64,000 nucleotides of DNA from positions 63,894 to 127,893 of the forward strand of contig CAZENE010000002.1 of assembly GCA_964513565.1 (NCBI GenBank). Reading direction: 5' to 3'. The notes below the pieces were generated by a model. It was given only the letters and a program-made list of their open reading frames with translations, had not been told where the DNA came from and searched no databases. The DNA is from an uncultured Syntrophorhabdus sp. (lineage in GTDB: Bacteria; Desulfobacterota; Syntrophorhabdia; Syntrophorhabdales; Syntrophorhabdaceae). The translations under genes and the position numbers were made by a program. Below are positions 48,913 to 58,755 of this stretch, piece after piece (positions within the stretch are counted from its first letter, which is position 1; every line of letters starts with the position of its first letter).

Positions 48913-50085
48913 CTATCGCCCGTTATCATTCAGAAACAACACCTGACCGATATCCATAATAAGAAATCTCGACGGGTCGCATTTTCTTTCGGTTATTTTC
49001 CTTTTTAATTCGATAGCGGGAAAACCGGGGGGCTCGTCTCCCAGCCGAAAAACCCCCCACTGGGTCGGTATGAAGCGGCGTGCCCCGAGATCCGTGAATG
49101 CATCGAGGGCCTCATCGATATTCATGTGCGCATAGTGCATGAACCACCGGGGATGGTAAGCCGTTGTCGGCATAAGCGCGTAATCGATCCCGGGATATCT
49201 TTTGCCGATCTCGGAAAAGCCGATGAAGTACCCGCTATCCCCGCCAAAAAAGATAGTGGCCCGGGGAGTTATCAGCAGAAAACTTGCCCAGAGGGTGTTG
49301 TTTATGCTTTGGCCTATCCTCCGCGACCAATGCTGAGAGGGAAGGCAGACGATCCTGCTGTCCTGGCTGACGTCCCGGGCCTCCCACCAGTCCATTTCGA
49401 TCACATCCTTCTTCCCGAGCTTCCCGAGAAATGATTTGAAGCCAGGCGGTACGAAAAACCGGGTATTGTCAGGGAGCTTTTTTATGCTTGCGGAATCGAG
49501 ATGGTCGTAATGATTATGCGAGATTATTACATTAAGGGGAGCGAATCCCGCCAGTTCATCTATCGGCAGGGCAGGAGGGATCTTTCTGCGGGGCAGGAAT
49601 GCCCTTTCGGAGAACATGGGGTCCGTGAGCCAAACGTTGCCTCCGAGACGCAGAAGAAAGGTCGCATGACCTATCCACAGGATGAAATCTTCCCCGGGGC
49701 GGGTCGCGATAAGCCCGAGGGAATCCGGAATGACGGCGGGCATAAATTCTCTTTCTTCGCTGGTATAGTTCTGCCTTGCGGATAACTTCCATTTCAACAA
49801 TCTGAAAAGGCCCGTGTCTTCCATGGGCATCCAGGGATTAAAAAAGTTTCCGTTCGCTTTGTGCGGGGCATAAAGTTCGGATTTTCTGGCCGACATGACT
49901 CTTTTTCTCCACGCAGCCTCGTCAAAATCCGGATTCAAGGCGATGCATCCGGCGATAATGCATGCAATGCTGAAAAAGATCAGCAAATATACGAAATACA
50001 CGAAATTCACATGGTATTTCACGCTATCCCTGTCCCGGGGCGGCAGATAATTCGCGGAGGCTGGTTTTTGTTTCGATCTTTTCAT
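48913..50085 (-). CDS. Membrane-anchored MBL-fold metallo-hydrolase (NAPE-PLD-like)
   Basis: N-terminal TM FVYFVYLLIFFSIACIIAGCIAL. HNHYDHLD zinc motif. Confidence 0.8.
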   Translation of the reverse strand: MKRSKQKPASANYLPPRDRDSVKYHVNFVYFVYLLIFFSIACIIAGCIALNPDFDEAAWRKRVMSARKSELYAPHKANGNFFNPWMPMEDTGLFRLLKWKLSARQNYTSEEREFMPAVIPDSLGLIATRPGEDFILWIGHATFLLRLGGNVWLTDPMFSERAFLPRRKIPPALPIDELAGFAPLNVIISHNHYDHLDSASIKKLPDNTRFFVPPGFKSFLGKLGKKDVIEMDWWEARDVSQDSRIVCLPSQHWSRRIGQSINNTLWASFLLITPRATIFFGGDSGYFIGFSEIGKRYPGIDYALMPTTAYHPRWFMHYAHMNIDEALDAFTDLGARRFIPTQWGVFRLGDEPPGFPAIELKRKITERKCDPSRFLIMDIGQVLFLNDNGR

Positions 50086-50119
50086 GGAATATTTGAGACA
50101 GTTCCCGAAAAGATGCTAT

Positions 50120-50752
50120 TTATTCAACGAGACCATATTTTACGGCATACCAGATCAATTCATTTGTTTTCTTGACCGATAGTTTTTCGAGGATCCGCAC
50201 CCTGTATGTCCGTACCGTGTTTATGCTCAGGTGCAATTGCTCCGCGATCTCCTTGTTGGTCAGGCCGCTTGCAACCATTTTCATGACCTGAAGCTCGCGG
50301 ATCGAAAGCTTCTCGTGCGGCGGCGCCTCGGTCTCCGATTCGAAATCGAGGACCATTTGCTCCGCGAAGGCAGGATTAACGTACCTCTTGCCCGATAATA
50401 TCTTGTTCACGGCTGCCACAAGTTCTTCGGACGCGCTCCTTTTGGTAATGTAACCCTGAGCCCCTGCCTTTATAGACCGGACGGCATATTGCTCTTCCGG
50501 ATATGTGCTCACGATGAGGACAGGCAACCGCGCACGTTTCTTCTTGATCTCTTTAAGGGCTTCGAGGCCGTTTATGTCAGGAAGTGAGATATCGAGAAGG
50601 ACGAGGTTATAATCGTTGTTATGGACCTTGCTTATCAGCTCGTATCCCCGGCGTGCCTCATCAAAGATCATATCGCTGAAATTTTCCTGCAGGATCTCCT
50701 TTAGTCCTTTAAGAACGACGGGATGATCGTCTGCAATGATAACTCGCAGCAT
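50120..50752 (-). CDS. NarL/FixJ-family response regulator (paralogue of 26767-27396)
   Basis: MLRVIIADDHPVVLKGLKEILQENF, LLDISLPDINGLE. HTH LSIRELQVMKMVASGLTNKEIAEQLHLSINTVRTYR. Confidence 0.92.
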   Translation of the reverse strand: MLRVIIADDHPVVLKGLKEILQENFSDMIFDEARRGYELISKVHNNDYNLVLLDISLPDINGLEALKEIKKKRARLPVLIVSTYPEEQYAVRSIKAGAQGYITKRSASEELVAAVNKILSGKRYVNPAFAEQMVLDFESETEAPPHEKLSIRELQVMKMVASGLTNKEIAEQLHLSINTVRTYRVRILEKLSVKKTNELIWYAVKYGLVE

Positions 50753-50753
50753 T

Positions 50754-51623
50754 TTACCCCTCCTTATCCTCTGAGGCTGCCCCGTTGAGGGGGACGGTCA
50801 GGGTGACCGTTGTGCCTTTCCCCCGAATTCCCGTAATGGACAGCGTTCCGCCCAATGCGTGCGCCCGTTCCTGCATACCTGTCAATCCGAAGGACCTTGG
50901 GTCGCCAAGCTGTTTTTTCGTTATGCCCTTTCCGTTATCATGTATCTGCATGCTTAAAACATCTTTTCTTTTTTTCAGTGTGATCGTCACGTTTTTTGCG
51001 GCCGAATGGCGCATGATGTTCGTAAAGGATTCCTGGAGGATGCGGAAGGCCTCCGTCGATACCGTGTCATTCAGAATGATATTATAGGGGTCCGTGATGA
51101 CGCGGTATGAAATGTTTGCCCTTTTTTTCAGGTCGCGCGCTGCGAGCTCCACGGCATCCCTCAGGCCGAAATCATCGAGAACGACAGGTCTTAGCCGGGC
51201 TGACATGTGCTGTACGTTATCGATGGTGCGATCGAGGGCCTCAAGAATGGAATCCAGCCTTTCAATGACCGGCCCGTCATTTTGGGACATCCTTCGTTTG
51301 ATCCAGCTAACATCAAGCTTCATTCCGGTAAGTGCCTGACCGAATTCATCGTGGAGTTCCCGCGACAGAGAGGTCCGCTCTTCTTCCCGTATCTTCTGCA
51401 GGTGAATGCTGAGACGCCTCAGCCTCTCATGCGAATCCTGAAGGTCTGCCTCCATTTTCTTCCGCTCGGCTATCTCCTTTCTCAAGAGTTCATTGACTTC
51501 GGACAGGCGGGCCGTACGTCTCCTGACCTGTTTTTCAAGTGCAGCCTCTATCTCATGCCTTCGTGCCACCGCAGGCATATCCGACGGGACAGGTTGGCTT
51601 CTGATCGGACCGGAATCACTCAT
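50754..51623 (-). CDS. Soluble HisKA_3 histidine kinase with only a coiled-coil N-terminus (no recognisable sensor domain)
   Basis: H-box LSRELHDEFGQALTGMK. QESFTNIMRHS, HDNGKGI and GLTGMQERA boxes. About 85 aa of charged coiled coil precede the H-box. Confidence 0.88.
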   Translation of the reverse strand: MSDSGPIRSQPVPSDMPAVARRHEIEAALEKQVRRRTARLSEVNELLRKEIAERKKMEADLQDSHERLRRLSIHLQKIREEERTSLSRELHDEFGQALTGMKLDVSWIKRRMSQNDGPVIERLDSILEALDRTIDNVQHMSARLRPVVLDDFGLRDAVELAARDLKKRANISYRVITDPYNIILNDTVSTEAFRILQESFTNIMRHSAAKNVTITLKKRKDVLSMQIHDNGKGITKKQLGDPRSFGLTGMQERAHALGGTLSITGIRGKGTTVTLTVPLNGAASEDKEG

Positions 51624-51729
51624 AAATGTCCTCTTTTGAATTCTGTCAGTTCGTGTTACGCAACCTTATCCGGATTGCCGTTAATGCTGAAGGGAAACTC
51701 CTCCATTCATTAATCTGAAAGCATATAGA

Positions 51730-51757
51730 ATTATAACAAGAAAAATGGCAAGGTCAA
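51730..51757 (-). promoter_or_regulatory. Sigma-70 type promoter for the kinase/regulator pair
   Basis: Minus strand TTGACC-N16-TATAAT, about 105 nt upstream of ATG 51623. Confidence 0.55.
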
Positions 51758-51859
51758 CAACGGGTAAGACATCGTTATAGGGAAATACTTGATAATATTC
51801 AGGTTATCCGAAAGGCAACCCGAATTATAATTTTGAATTAAAAAAGATCGCGACCCGGT

Positions 51860-53140
51860 TCATGGGGCAGGCCCTGCCGCCCTGACTGCGGACGCAACGG
51901 CCATGTGTGCGAGATCTATCGATTGCCCGAGAATGTTAAGGCACAGGGTCGGGTTGTGAAATCCCATGCTGTTCTCGGAGGCAACAAAATCCCAGTACCA
52001 CTGAGCACGCCGCAAATGTTCCCGCGCTCTGCCAAGTTCGTCCTTATTGATAGTCTTTGACTCAAGCGCCTTTGCAACAGCTTCATGGGCTTTTGCGATC
52101 CGGGTGCCTGCAATATGCTGCAATTCCCAAACCCTCTTTTGTCCGGTTTTAACCCTGTCGAGGATCGTTTCAGCATTTTCCGGATGGCAGCGTCTGCACG
52201 ACGTATCCGTCTTCTTCATGGGGGTGGTCACCCAGTGCGAACTGTATTTCCGGCCTCCCTCACGCATGTACGGCATGTGGCAATCGGCACATGATACCCC
52301 AGCCCTGGCGTGAGTGCTCGTCGAATGAACCTCAAAATCAGGGTGCTGGGCCTTGAGCATCATTGTCTGCGAATCGGGCTGGACCCAATCCCCTTCAAAA
52401 CCGCCGGGTTTGGTGTTGTAGTACGCATAGATCTGTTCGGGGTGAATTCCCTTTTCCCAGGGCATAATGACCCGCGAGGTCCCGGGTTCGAAATAGTATT
52501 CTGCATGGCACTGGCCGCACACGTATGACCTCATTTCCTCCCGGCCCGCCTTCGCTAAATCGATACCCCTTTTCGCCATCGATTCGATAAAGGCAGGGTT
52601 TGCAACGCGCAGTTCCATCGTTGCCGGTTTATGGCAATTTACGCAGTTCACCGCATGTTTTTTGTCACCTGCCAGGAGCCCAATAAGCGGTTTTTTTGCG
52701 TATGCCCATCCTTCGGCCTTGAAAATACCGGAAATATTCGCCGTTTTGCATGTCATGCAGGCTCCGGGCGTTTCGGGCGTGACCCTTTGCGATTCCTTCA
52801 GGTCCGTCAAGGAGTATGGGTGTCCTCTATCTTCGGTGTAATCTTTACTGAACGTATTTCCCTTAAAATTGGTGAGCATCTCGGGCTGCCTCAGCGAATG
52901 CTGGAACTTGACCGATCCTCCGAAATCCGTGGGTGATGCGGTCATTTCCAGGTTTTTCTGAAAGCTCGCATACTGGAGCGGGTAGTTCCGTCCCCATACG
53001 GCAGGATCGATCTCTTCTTCAGGTATTGCCGCCACATTATGCGTATCTGAGGGTTTGAGAAAAAAAGACCGCACCAGTGTCAGGACTGCCAAACAGAAAA
53101 TAACTGCGGCAACAGAGACTATCACGATCTTCTTGTTCAA
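51860..53140 (-). CDS. nrfA: Pentahaem cytochrome c nitrite reductase (ammonia-forming) NrfA
   Basis: TTG start after GGAGG. Active-site CMTCK (CXXCK) plus four CXXCH (CVNCH, CGQCH, CADCH, CRRCH). N-terminal anchor/signal. Confidence 0.93.
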   Translation of the reverse strand: MNKKIVIVSVAAVIFCLAVLTLVRSFFLKPSDTHNVAAIPEEEIDPAVWGRNYPLQYASFQKNLEMTASPTDFGGSVKFQHSLRQPEMLTNFKGNTFSKDYTEDRGHPYSLTDLKESQRVTPETPGACMTCKTANISGIFKAEGWAYAKKPLIGLLAGDKKHAVNCVNCHKPATMELRVANPAFIESMAKRGIDLAKAGREEMRSYVCGQCHAEYYFEPGTSRVIMPWEKGIHPEQIYAYYNTKPGGFEGDWVQPDSQTMMLKAQHPDFEVHSTSTHARAGVSCADCHMPYMREGGRKYSSHWVTTPMKKTDTSCRRCHPENAETILDRVKTGQKRVWELQHIAGTRIAKAHEAVAKALESKTINKDELGRAREHLRRAQWYWDFVASENSMGFHNPTLCLNILGQSIDLAHMAVASAVRAAGPAP

Positions 53141-53628
53141 AAATTACCTCCATTGAACACAGGACGACCGTGAACCAGGAATTTATGGCATTTCATGCAA
53201 TTGGTATTTCCTTTGACGAGGGGGGTTGTCTCGATCGTCGAAAAATGGCATCGCGAGCAATTCGAATTCGCTATGGCCCTGGCGCTGCCGGTCAATTTTA
53301 TGGCAAACGGATATGACCGCGCAGTTTCGCCGGCGATATCGCGGGCCCCCGCGTATGCCTTGTAGAGGACTGTATAGGCGATACTCCCCGTCGGCAGGTG
53401 ACACTCGACGCAGGCGAATTGTTTATGCCTTGAGGTTTGCCACGTGAAATAATTGTTTTCCATGCTATGGCAGGAACCGCAGAATGTCGATGTGCCGGCA
53501 AGGTGATAACCGGCGAAGATCACGATCATCGCGACCGCCCCGACGGCGGCGCCGATCGCAACCAGTTTACAGACATGCTTCTTAATCACTCCATCGAAAT
53601 CTGAACTGTCGCTTCCCTGGCGGCCCAA
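53137..53628 (-). CDS. nrfH: Tetrahaem NapC/NirT-family quinol dehydrogenase NrfH
   Basis: N-terminal TM. Four CXXCH (CGSCH, CVECH, CSRCH, CMKCH). TTGA overlap with the nrfA start. Confidence 0.9.
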   Translation of the reverse strand: MGRQGSDSSDFDGVIKKHVCKLVAIGAAVGAVAMIVIFAGYHLAGTSTFCGSCHSMENNYFTWQTSRHKQFACVECHLPTGSIAYTVLYKAYAGARDIAGETARSYPFAIKLTGSARAIANSNCSRCHFSTIETTPLVKGNTNCMKCHKFLVHGRPVFNGGNF

Positions 53629-53654
53629 ATGATTTTCCTCTGAATGTTTTGCAC

Positions 53655-53683
53655 AGTTTAGTAAAAATCAAGGTTTCTTGCAA
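53655..53683 (-). promoter_or_regulatory. Weak sigma-70-like promoter candidate for nrfHA
   Basis: Minus strand TTGCAA-N17-TAAACT, about 25 nt upstream of the TTG start. Only 4/6 matches in each hexamer. Confidence 0.3.
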
Positions 53684-53770
53684 GACCATAGGCGTTAAAG
53701 CATAAGAGGGCAGGAGTGGCAAACGGGAATATACCTTGTTACACTTACGCCTTACGATTTTATCAAGTGC

Positions 53771-53798
53771 TTGACGAATGAAGTATTAACAATATAAT
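53771..53798 (+). promoter_or_regulatory. Sigma-70 type promoter for the 53876 gene
   Basis: TTGACG-N16-TATAAT. Confidence 0.5.
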
Positions 53799-53875
53799 TG
53801 TGATATGGATTAACTTTCCGGGTTTTAGGGATTTTTCCCATGTACGATGCTGACGCATCTTAAAGGAGGTGTTGT

Positions 53876-54160
53876 ATGGCAACAGCGAAATCAAAGGCAA
53901 AGAAAAAGGCTGTCGCCCCGAAAAAAGCACCTGTCAGGATTGACAAGGCTTTGATGTCGGCGTTACAAAATGTAGAGCAATTGGCGATAGCACAGATAAG
54001 CTCGGCAAAGGATCCCTTTAAAACGGGGATCGGGATAATAGCCGAGATACGAAAAGTTGCTATGCGCATCGAAAACGAGATTGAAGATGATTCCCGGGCA
54101 TTGACGGAGGCGTATGACTCCGGTCCGGGCATGGTCGGTATCGGTGTAGGAGTTCTGTAG
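53876..54160 (+). CDS. Small hypothetical protein with Lys/Ala-rich basic N-terminus
   Basis: AAAGGAGG RBS 7 nt upstream. MATAKSKAKKKAVAPKKAP tail, then a helical acidic region. Confidence 0.6.
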   Translation: MATAKSKAKKKAVAPKKAPVRIDKALMSALQNVEQLAIAQISSAKDPFKTGIGIIAEIRKVAMRIENEIEDDSRALTEAYDSGPGMVGIGVGVL

Positions 54161-54219
54161 GTAAAGAGGCGATCATCAGGGGCAGATTTACTCCGGACAA
54201 TATAAGAAAAGCACTGCGG

Positions 54220-54837
54220 ATGCCATTGCCGGGTCACAAAGCGCAGGTGCGCATGTCGCCTTCGCATCGGGCATTCGCTCCTCCGCCGGGGAAGAGCATC
54301 CCTTTCGTCGGGGCTGTACTGGTGCTTCTTTATCCAGGCAATGAAAATGACGATCTTTTCCTCGTTCTGACAGTGCGCACCAATAACGTGACGGTCCATA
54401 AAGGTCAGGTCAGCCTGCCGGGCGGGAGCAGAGAACCTGAAGATGCCACGCTTGAAAAGACGGCGCTTCGAGAGGTTTGCGAGGAGCTTGGCATCTGTGA
54501 AGATGAAATAGATATGATCGGCGAACTGACACCTATATATATAGAGCCGAGCAATTTTCATGTTCATCCCTTCGTAGCCTATCTGCCATACCGCCCGTCT
54601 TTCGTGATCGAGGAAGAGGAAGTCCTTCATGTTCTGGAGGTGCCCGTTTCTCATTTCGTCGATCCAAAAAATGTGAGTGTCGAAAATTGGGTGATAGAGG
54701 GGGTAGAGCGCAGCATCCCGTTTTTTGACGTGTACGGGAAGAAAGTATGGGGAGCAACCGCGATAATTCTCAGTGAATTTGTCGCTATTCTGGAAAAGAT
54801 CAGTGGCAGGCCGGATTTATTCTGGGACGCCCTGTAA
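54220..54837 (+). CDS. NUDIX hydrolase (CoA pyrophosphatase-like)
   Basis: Nudix box GGSREPEDATLEKTALREVCEELG, preceded by VSLPGG. Confidence 0.88.
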   Translation: MPLPGHKAQVRMSPSHRAFAPPPGKSIPFVGAVLVLLYPGNENDDLFLVLTVRTNNVTVHKGQVSLPGGSREPEDATLEKTALREVCEELGICEDEIDMIGELTPIYIEPSNFHVHPFVAYLPYRPSFVIEEEEVLHVLEVPVSHFVDPKNVSVENWVIEGVERSIPFFDVYGKKVWGATAIILSEFVAILEKISGRPDLFWDAL

Positions 54838-54848
54838 AGAAGACGACC

Positions 54849-55229
54849 ATGTCCGTTAAAATAGATAATAGGGAATTTGACGAAATTGTAGCAAAAGCTA
54901 TCGAGAACATACCTTACGAGATCAGGCAGTATCTCGAGAACATGGTGATCTCGGTACAGAAAAGGCCCTCACGGCAAATGATGCGGGATATGGAAATGCG
55001 GGCCGGGGAGTACCCTCTCGGCCTTTTTCAGGGAGTTCCCTTGATCGAGCGTTCAGCCACGGCCCCTCCGCTTTATCCCGATATGATCTATCTTTTCCAG
55101 GAGCCCCTTGAAAGGTTGTGCAGAACCCGTGAGGAACTCGAAGAGGAGATCGAGATCACGCTCGTCCATGAAGTAGCGCATTACATAGGCATGACTGAAG
55201 AGAGGCTTGAAGAGTTAGGATACGGGTAG
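54849..55229 (+). CDS. Small zincin-like metallopeptidase family protein
   Basis: C-terminal HEVAHYIGM (HExxH). Confidence 0.75.
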   Translation: MSVKIDNREFDEIVAKAIENIPYEIRQYLENMVISVQKRPSRQMMRDMEMRAGEYPLGLFQGVPLIERSATAPPLYPDMIYLFQEPLERLCRTREELEEEIEITLVHEVAHYIGMTEERLEELGYG

Positions 55230-55237
55230 CTATCGTT

Positions 55238-55807
55238 TTATTCGTTGGCTTTGAAGAGAGATTTCCCGAATCGATCGAGGTACGTGATCTCGGAAAGCGG
55301 TTTGCGCGGGGTTTCACGGGGGATCTCGTCAAAATACCCGACCGGCATCATTTCGATGATGCTGTACCCGTCCGGGATCTGAAGAATAGCCTCTGCCTTT
55401 GCCGCATCGAAACTTCCGACATGGACGGTACCGAGGCCAAAGTTCCATGCGGTGAGCGCGATATGCTCCATGGCGATACCGGCATCAAACATACACCAGT
55501 AGTCGCCTTTGTTCGTTGTGGGATTGCCGTTACGGCAGCCCGCTGCGTTTCTTTGCGCGGCGACGCATATTACAATGGGGGCTTCTATCATAGCCGCCCG
55601 GGCAGGGTTTTGAGGACCGAGACATTCGCTCAGCGATTCCTTTATTGCGGCATCTCTGACAACGATAAAACGCCACACCTGGGTATTTGCCCATGACGGT
55701 GAAAGCCGGGCCGCTTCGAGTATCTCGGTCAACGTCTCGTCGGGCACATTGTCGCTCCTGTAATGCCTGACGCTCCGCCTATCTTTTATCGCCTTCGAAA
55801 GCTCCAT
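55238..55807 (-). CDS. Nitroreductase family protein
   Basis: ATG 55807. MELSKAIKDRRSVRHY FMN-binding start, PSWANTQVWRFIVV. Confidence 0.85.
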   Translation of the reverse strand: MELSKAIKDRRSVRHYRSDNVPDETLTEILEAARLSPSWANTQVWRFIVVRDAAIKESLSECLGPQNPARAAMIEAPIVICVAAQRNAAGCRNGNPTTNKGDYWCMFDAGIAMEHIALTAWNFGLGTVHVGSFDAAKAEAILQIPDGYSIIEMMPVGYFDEIPRETPRKPLSEITYLDRFGKSLFKANE

Positions 55808-55924
55808 ACCGATATTATCCGAAATCCACGGGCTTGATGTCAATAACAAAACAGATCATGGGTGATGCGATGAAGGTAGTTGTCTGGTCTTTTGGCCGAA
55901 CCTTGAAAAACAAACGAAATTGTT

Positions 55925-56869
55925 TTATTTTTTCAGCAGCATCGCGCCCGAGGAGTAGCCGCCGCCGAATACTGTGACAAGGATCAGGTCATCTTTCAAA
56001 AATTTTTGCCAATTTTGTGAAAGGCATATAAGAGTGCTGGCGCACCCGGTATTTCCTGTGTCTTCGATATTTGATATTACGCGGGAATCATCGACCCCGA
56101 GGACCTTCGCCACGTGTTCCATTATTCTTGAATTTGCCTGGTGAGGCACAAGATAATTAACGTCTCCGAGAATATAATTGTTCTTTTCCACGATATCTTT
56201 TGCCTCGCTTGCCATAAATTTACAGGCGTTAACAAAGATATCACGTCCGTACGGCATAGTCAGACCGCCATTGGAAGGACGCAAGTAGACCCCGGCAACT
56301 CCCTTGCCGATATGCCCTAGTCCGGTAGTATGGACATCAAGGATCCTGATATCATCGGCCGAACACCGTTGTGAGGAAATGAACACGCATCCGGCGCCGT
56401 CTCCCCATAGATGGGCCGATTGATCGGATTCTTCGTCGGTATACATGTAATTATGTTCCGAGGCGATGACGAGGGCTTTTTTTGCCTTGCCCGTTGCCAA
56501 ATAGCCTTCGACTATTTCGATCGCATTTATAAATGAGGAGCAGGCGGATGTTACGGTCACGGCGGCCGCCGAATGGATGCCGAAATGCCCCTGCACAGCG
56601 TGTGCGAGCGTACCCACGGTATCATAAGGCGTATAGGTGGCGCCGATGATAAGGTCCACATCGGTGATGTCGTACGGCAGTTTGCTGATGAGGGGAAGTA
56701 TGGATTCGATCGCCATGGTATGCGTATTTTCTTCATCAGAGGCCCGTGTGCGCCGCCTTATACCGGATCTTTGAAAGATCCAATCATCAGTGAGCCCTTT
56801 AAGCCGGGTATAGTAATCGTTATGAATCAGAGTAAAAGGCAGATAATGTGATATTGCATTAATGTACAT
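55925..56869 (-). CDS. 3-oxoacyl-ACP synthase III (KAS III / FabH-like)
   Basis: Catalytic Cys (TSACSSF), His (VPHQAN) and Asn (GNTGCAS). Confidence 0.85.
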   Translation of the reverse strand: MYINAISHYLPFTLIHNDYYTRLKGLTDDWIFQRSGIRRRTRASDEENTHTMAIESILPLISKLPYDITDVDLIIGATYTPYDTVGTLAHAVQGHFGIHSAAAVTVTSACSSFINAIEIVEGYLATGKAKKALVIASEHNYMYTDEESDQSAHLWGDGAGCVFISSQRCSADDIRILDVHTTGLGHIGKGVAGVYLRPSNGGLTMPYGRDIFVNACKFMASEAKDIVEKNNYILGDVNYLVPHQANSRIMEHVAKVLGVDDSRVISNIEDTGNTGCASTLICLSQNWQKFLKDDLILVTVFGGGYSSGAMLLKK

Positions 56870-57108
56870 TTCTTTGGCAAACTCCAGTCAATTCTCTTTT
56901 TTAGTAAGGGCTCGCGACGATCACATCAAGATATGTACTTTCAGTGCCGGTAATACACGTATTTGAAAGACCCCATGATGTTATATAAGATTCGCCGGAG
57001 GTTTTCAAGAAATTAAAAGATCAAAGGAGGGCAGTTCTGAGACGGTCTTTAAGGTTAGGGCCGCTTTCTTTACTTTAGCGGGGCTTATCTGCTAGAATTA
57101 GCTTCGTT

Positions 57109-58755
57109 GTGGCAATATTAGGTAAAAAAAGACTGGCCGTTCTTTTTTTTCTCTGTTTTGTACTGCTCGTTTCATGCGGCAAGAAAAAAGATCCGGCAAT
57201 GTACGATGACCCGGGTAAGCCTGCCACGGGTGATATGATAATAACGGGCTCGATAGGTGAGCCGTCCAATCTCATCCCGATCCTCGCCAGCGATTCGTCA
57301 TCCCACGAGATATCCGGGTATGTTTACAACGGTTTGGTTAAATATGACAGAGATCTCAATATAGTAGGGGATCTGGCAGAATCCTGGGTCATATCCAAAG
57401 ATAACCTTTCGATAACGTTCAGACTCCGAAAAGGGGTCAAATGGCACGACGGAAAACCTTTTACCGCCCGCGATGTAATGTTCACATATCAAGTTACGAT
57501 AGACCCAAAGACGCCGACGCCTTATTCGGGCGACTTTAAACTTGTTAAAAAAGCTGAAATACTGGACGATCACACGTTCAAAGTGACATACGACAAACCT
57601 TTCGCGCCTGCCCTGATCAGTTGGTCTGCGGCAATACTCCCCCGGCACCTGCTGGAAGGTCAGGATATTACTTCATCGCCACTCAAAAGAAAACCGATTG
57701 GGACCGGACCTTTCGTCTTTACGGAATGGATCCCCGGGGACCGCGTGATACTATCCGCCAATCCGGAATACTTCGAAGGGCGGCCGTATATCGGGCGCTA
57801 CATGATGAAGATCATCCCCGATACTGCCACCATGTTCCTCGAGTTGAAGAACAATTCGATCGATATGATGGGCCTGACGCCACTGCAATATGTCAAGCAG
57901 ACCGACTACCCGGCCTTTAAGCGTGAGTTTAACAGATACAAATATCTTGCGTTCGCATATACTTACATCGGCTATAACCTGAAACACAGGTTTTTTAAAG
58001 ATAAGAGGGTCAGACAGGCGCTCACACACGCTGTAAACAAGCAGGAAATTATCGACGGGATCCTCCTCGGGCAGGGAATAGAGGCTACCGGACCCTTCAA
58101 ACCTGATATGTGGGCACACAACGGCAATGTGAGAAAATTCGAATATGATCCCGAAAAGGCCCTGGTCCTCCTTAAGCAGGCTGGATTTGAACGCGGGTCG
58201 GACGGGAAGATGCGGAAGAACGGTGTGCCATTTGAATTTACGGTCCTCGTCAACCAGGGAAATACGGTGCGGATACAGAGCGCTGAGCTTATACAGCGCA
58301 GGTTCTCGGAGATCGGTATCGGTATGAAGATACGTGTTCTGGAATGGGCGACCCTGGTCAACGATTTTATAGACAAAAGGAATTTTGACGCTGTTCTCTT
58401 GGGTTGGACAATTCCCAACGACCCCGATCTTTTCGATATCTGGCATTCTTCGAAGCAGGGCCCCAAGGAACTGAACTTCACGTCGTATAAAAATGAGGAG
58501 ATCGACGAACTACTGGTAAAAGCGCGCCATACAATGGACCAGACCGGCAGGAAAAAATATCTCGACCGTATTCAGGAGATACTTTCAGATGACCAGCCTT
58601 ACACATTTCTCTTCGTTCCTTATAGTACCGTCGCCCTGCACCGGCGTTTCAAGGGAATCGCCCCCGGTCCGGCAGGCATTATGCATAATTTCATAAAATG
58701 GTACGTACCGGAAAACCAGATGAGGTACAGGATCAATGCTGCAGTATCTCGCTAA
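57109..58755 (+). CDS. ABC transporter substrate-binding lipoprotein, family 5 (peptide/nickel type)
   Basis: GTG start. Lipobox LLVSCG. SBP_bac_5 architecture ([14 protein letters not shown]...). Confidence 0.85.
   Translation: MAILGKKRLAVLFFLCFVLLVSCGKKKDPAMYDDPGKPATGDMIITGSIGEPSNLIPILASDSSSHEISGYVYNGLVKYDRDLNIVGDLAESWVISKDNLSITFRLRKGVKWHDGKPFTARDVMFTYQVTIDPKTPTPYSGDFKLVKKAEILDDHTFKVTYDKPFAPALISWSAAILPRHLLEGQDITSSPLKRKPIGTGPFVFTEWIPGDRVILSANPEYFEGRPYIGRYMMKIIPDTATMFLELKNNSIDMMGLTPLQYVKQTDYPAFKREFNRYKYLAFAYTYIGYNLKHRFFKDKRVRQALTHAVNKQEIIDGILLGQGIEATGPFKPDMWAHNGNVRKFEYDPEKALVLLKQAGFERGSDGKMRKNGVPFEFTVLVNQGNTVRIQSAELIQRRFSEIGIGMKIRVLEWATLVNDFIDKRNFDAVLLGWTIPNDPDLFDIWHSSKQGPKELNFTSYKNEEIDELLVKARHTMDQTGRKKYLDRIQEILSDDQPYTFLFVPYSTVALHRRFKGIAPGPAGIMHNFIKWYVPENQMRYRINAAVSR

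Noticed and set aside
53629-53800. FNR/CRP-like or NarL-heptamer sites upstream of nrfH (TCAAGtgCTTGA at 53763-53774; TTGATttttACTAA on the minus strand near 53660-53675)
   Set aside because: Neither matches TTGAT-N4-ATCAA well. One has everted half-sites and the other has only 3/5 in the second half and overlaps the putative -10. No TACYYMT heptamer pair was found, so these are too weak to report as features.
53860-54654. Minus-strand ORF of 264 aa spanning the small basic protein and the NUDIX gene
   Set aside because: The plus strand has a perfect Nudix box, plus a promoter and strong RBS for the small gene. The antisense ORF has no start context.
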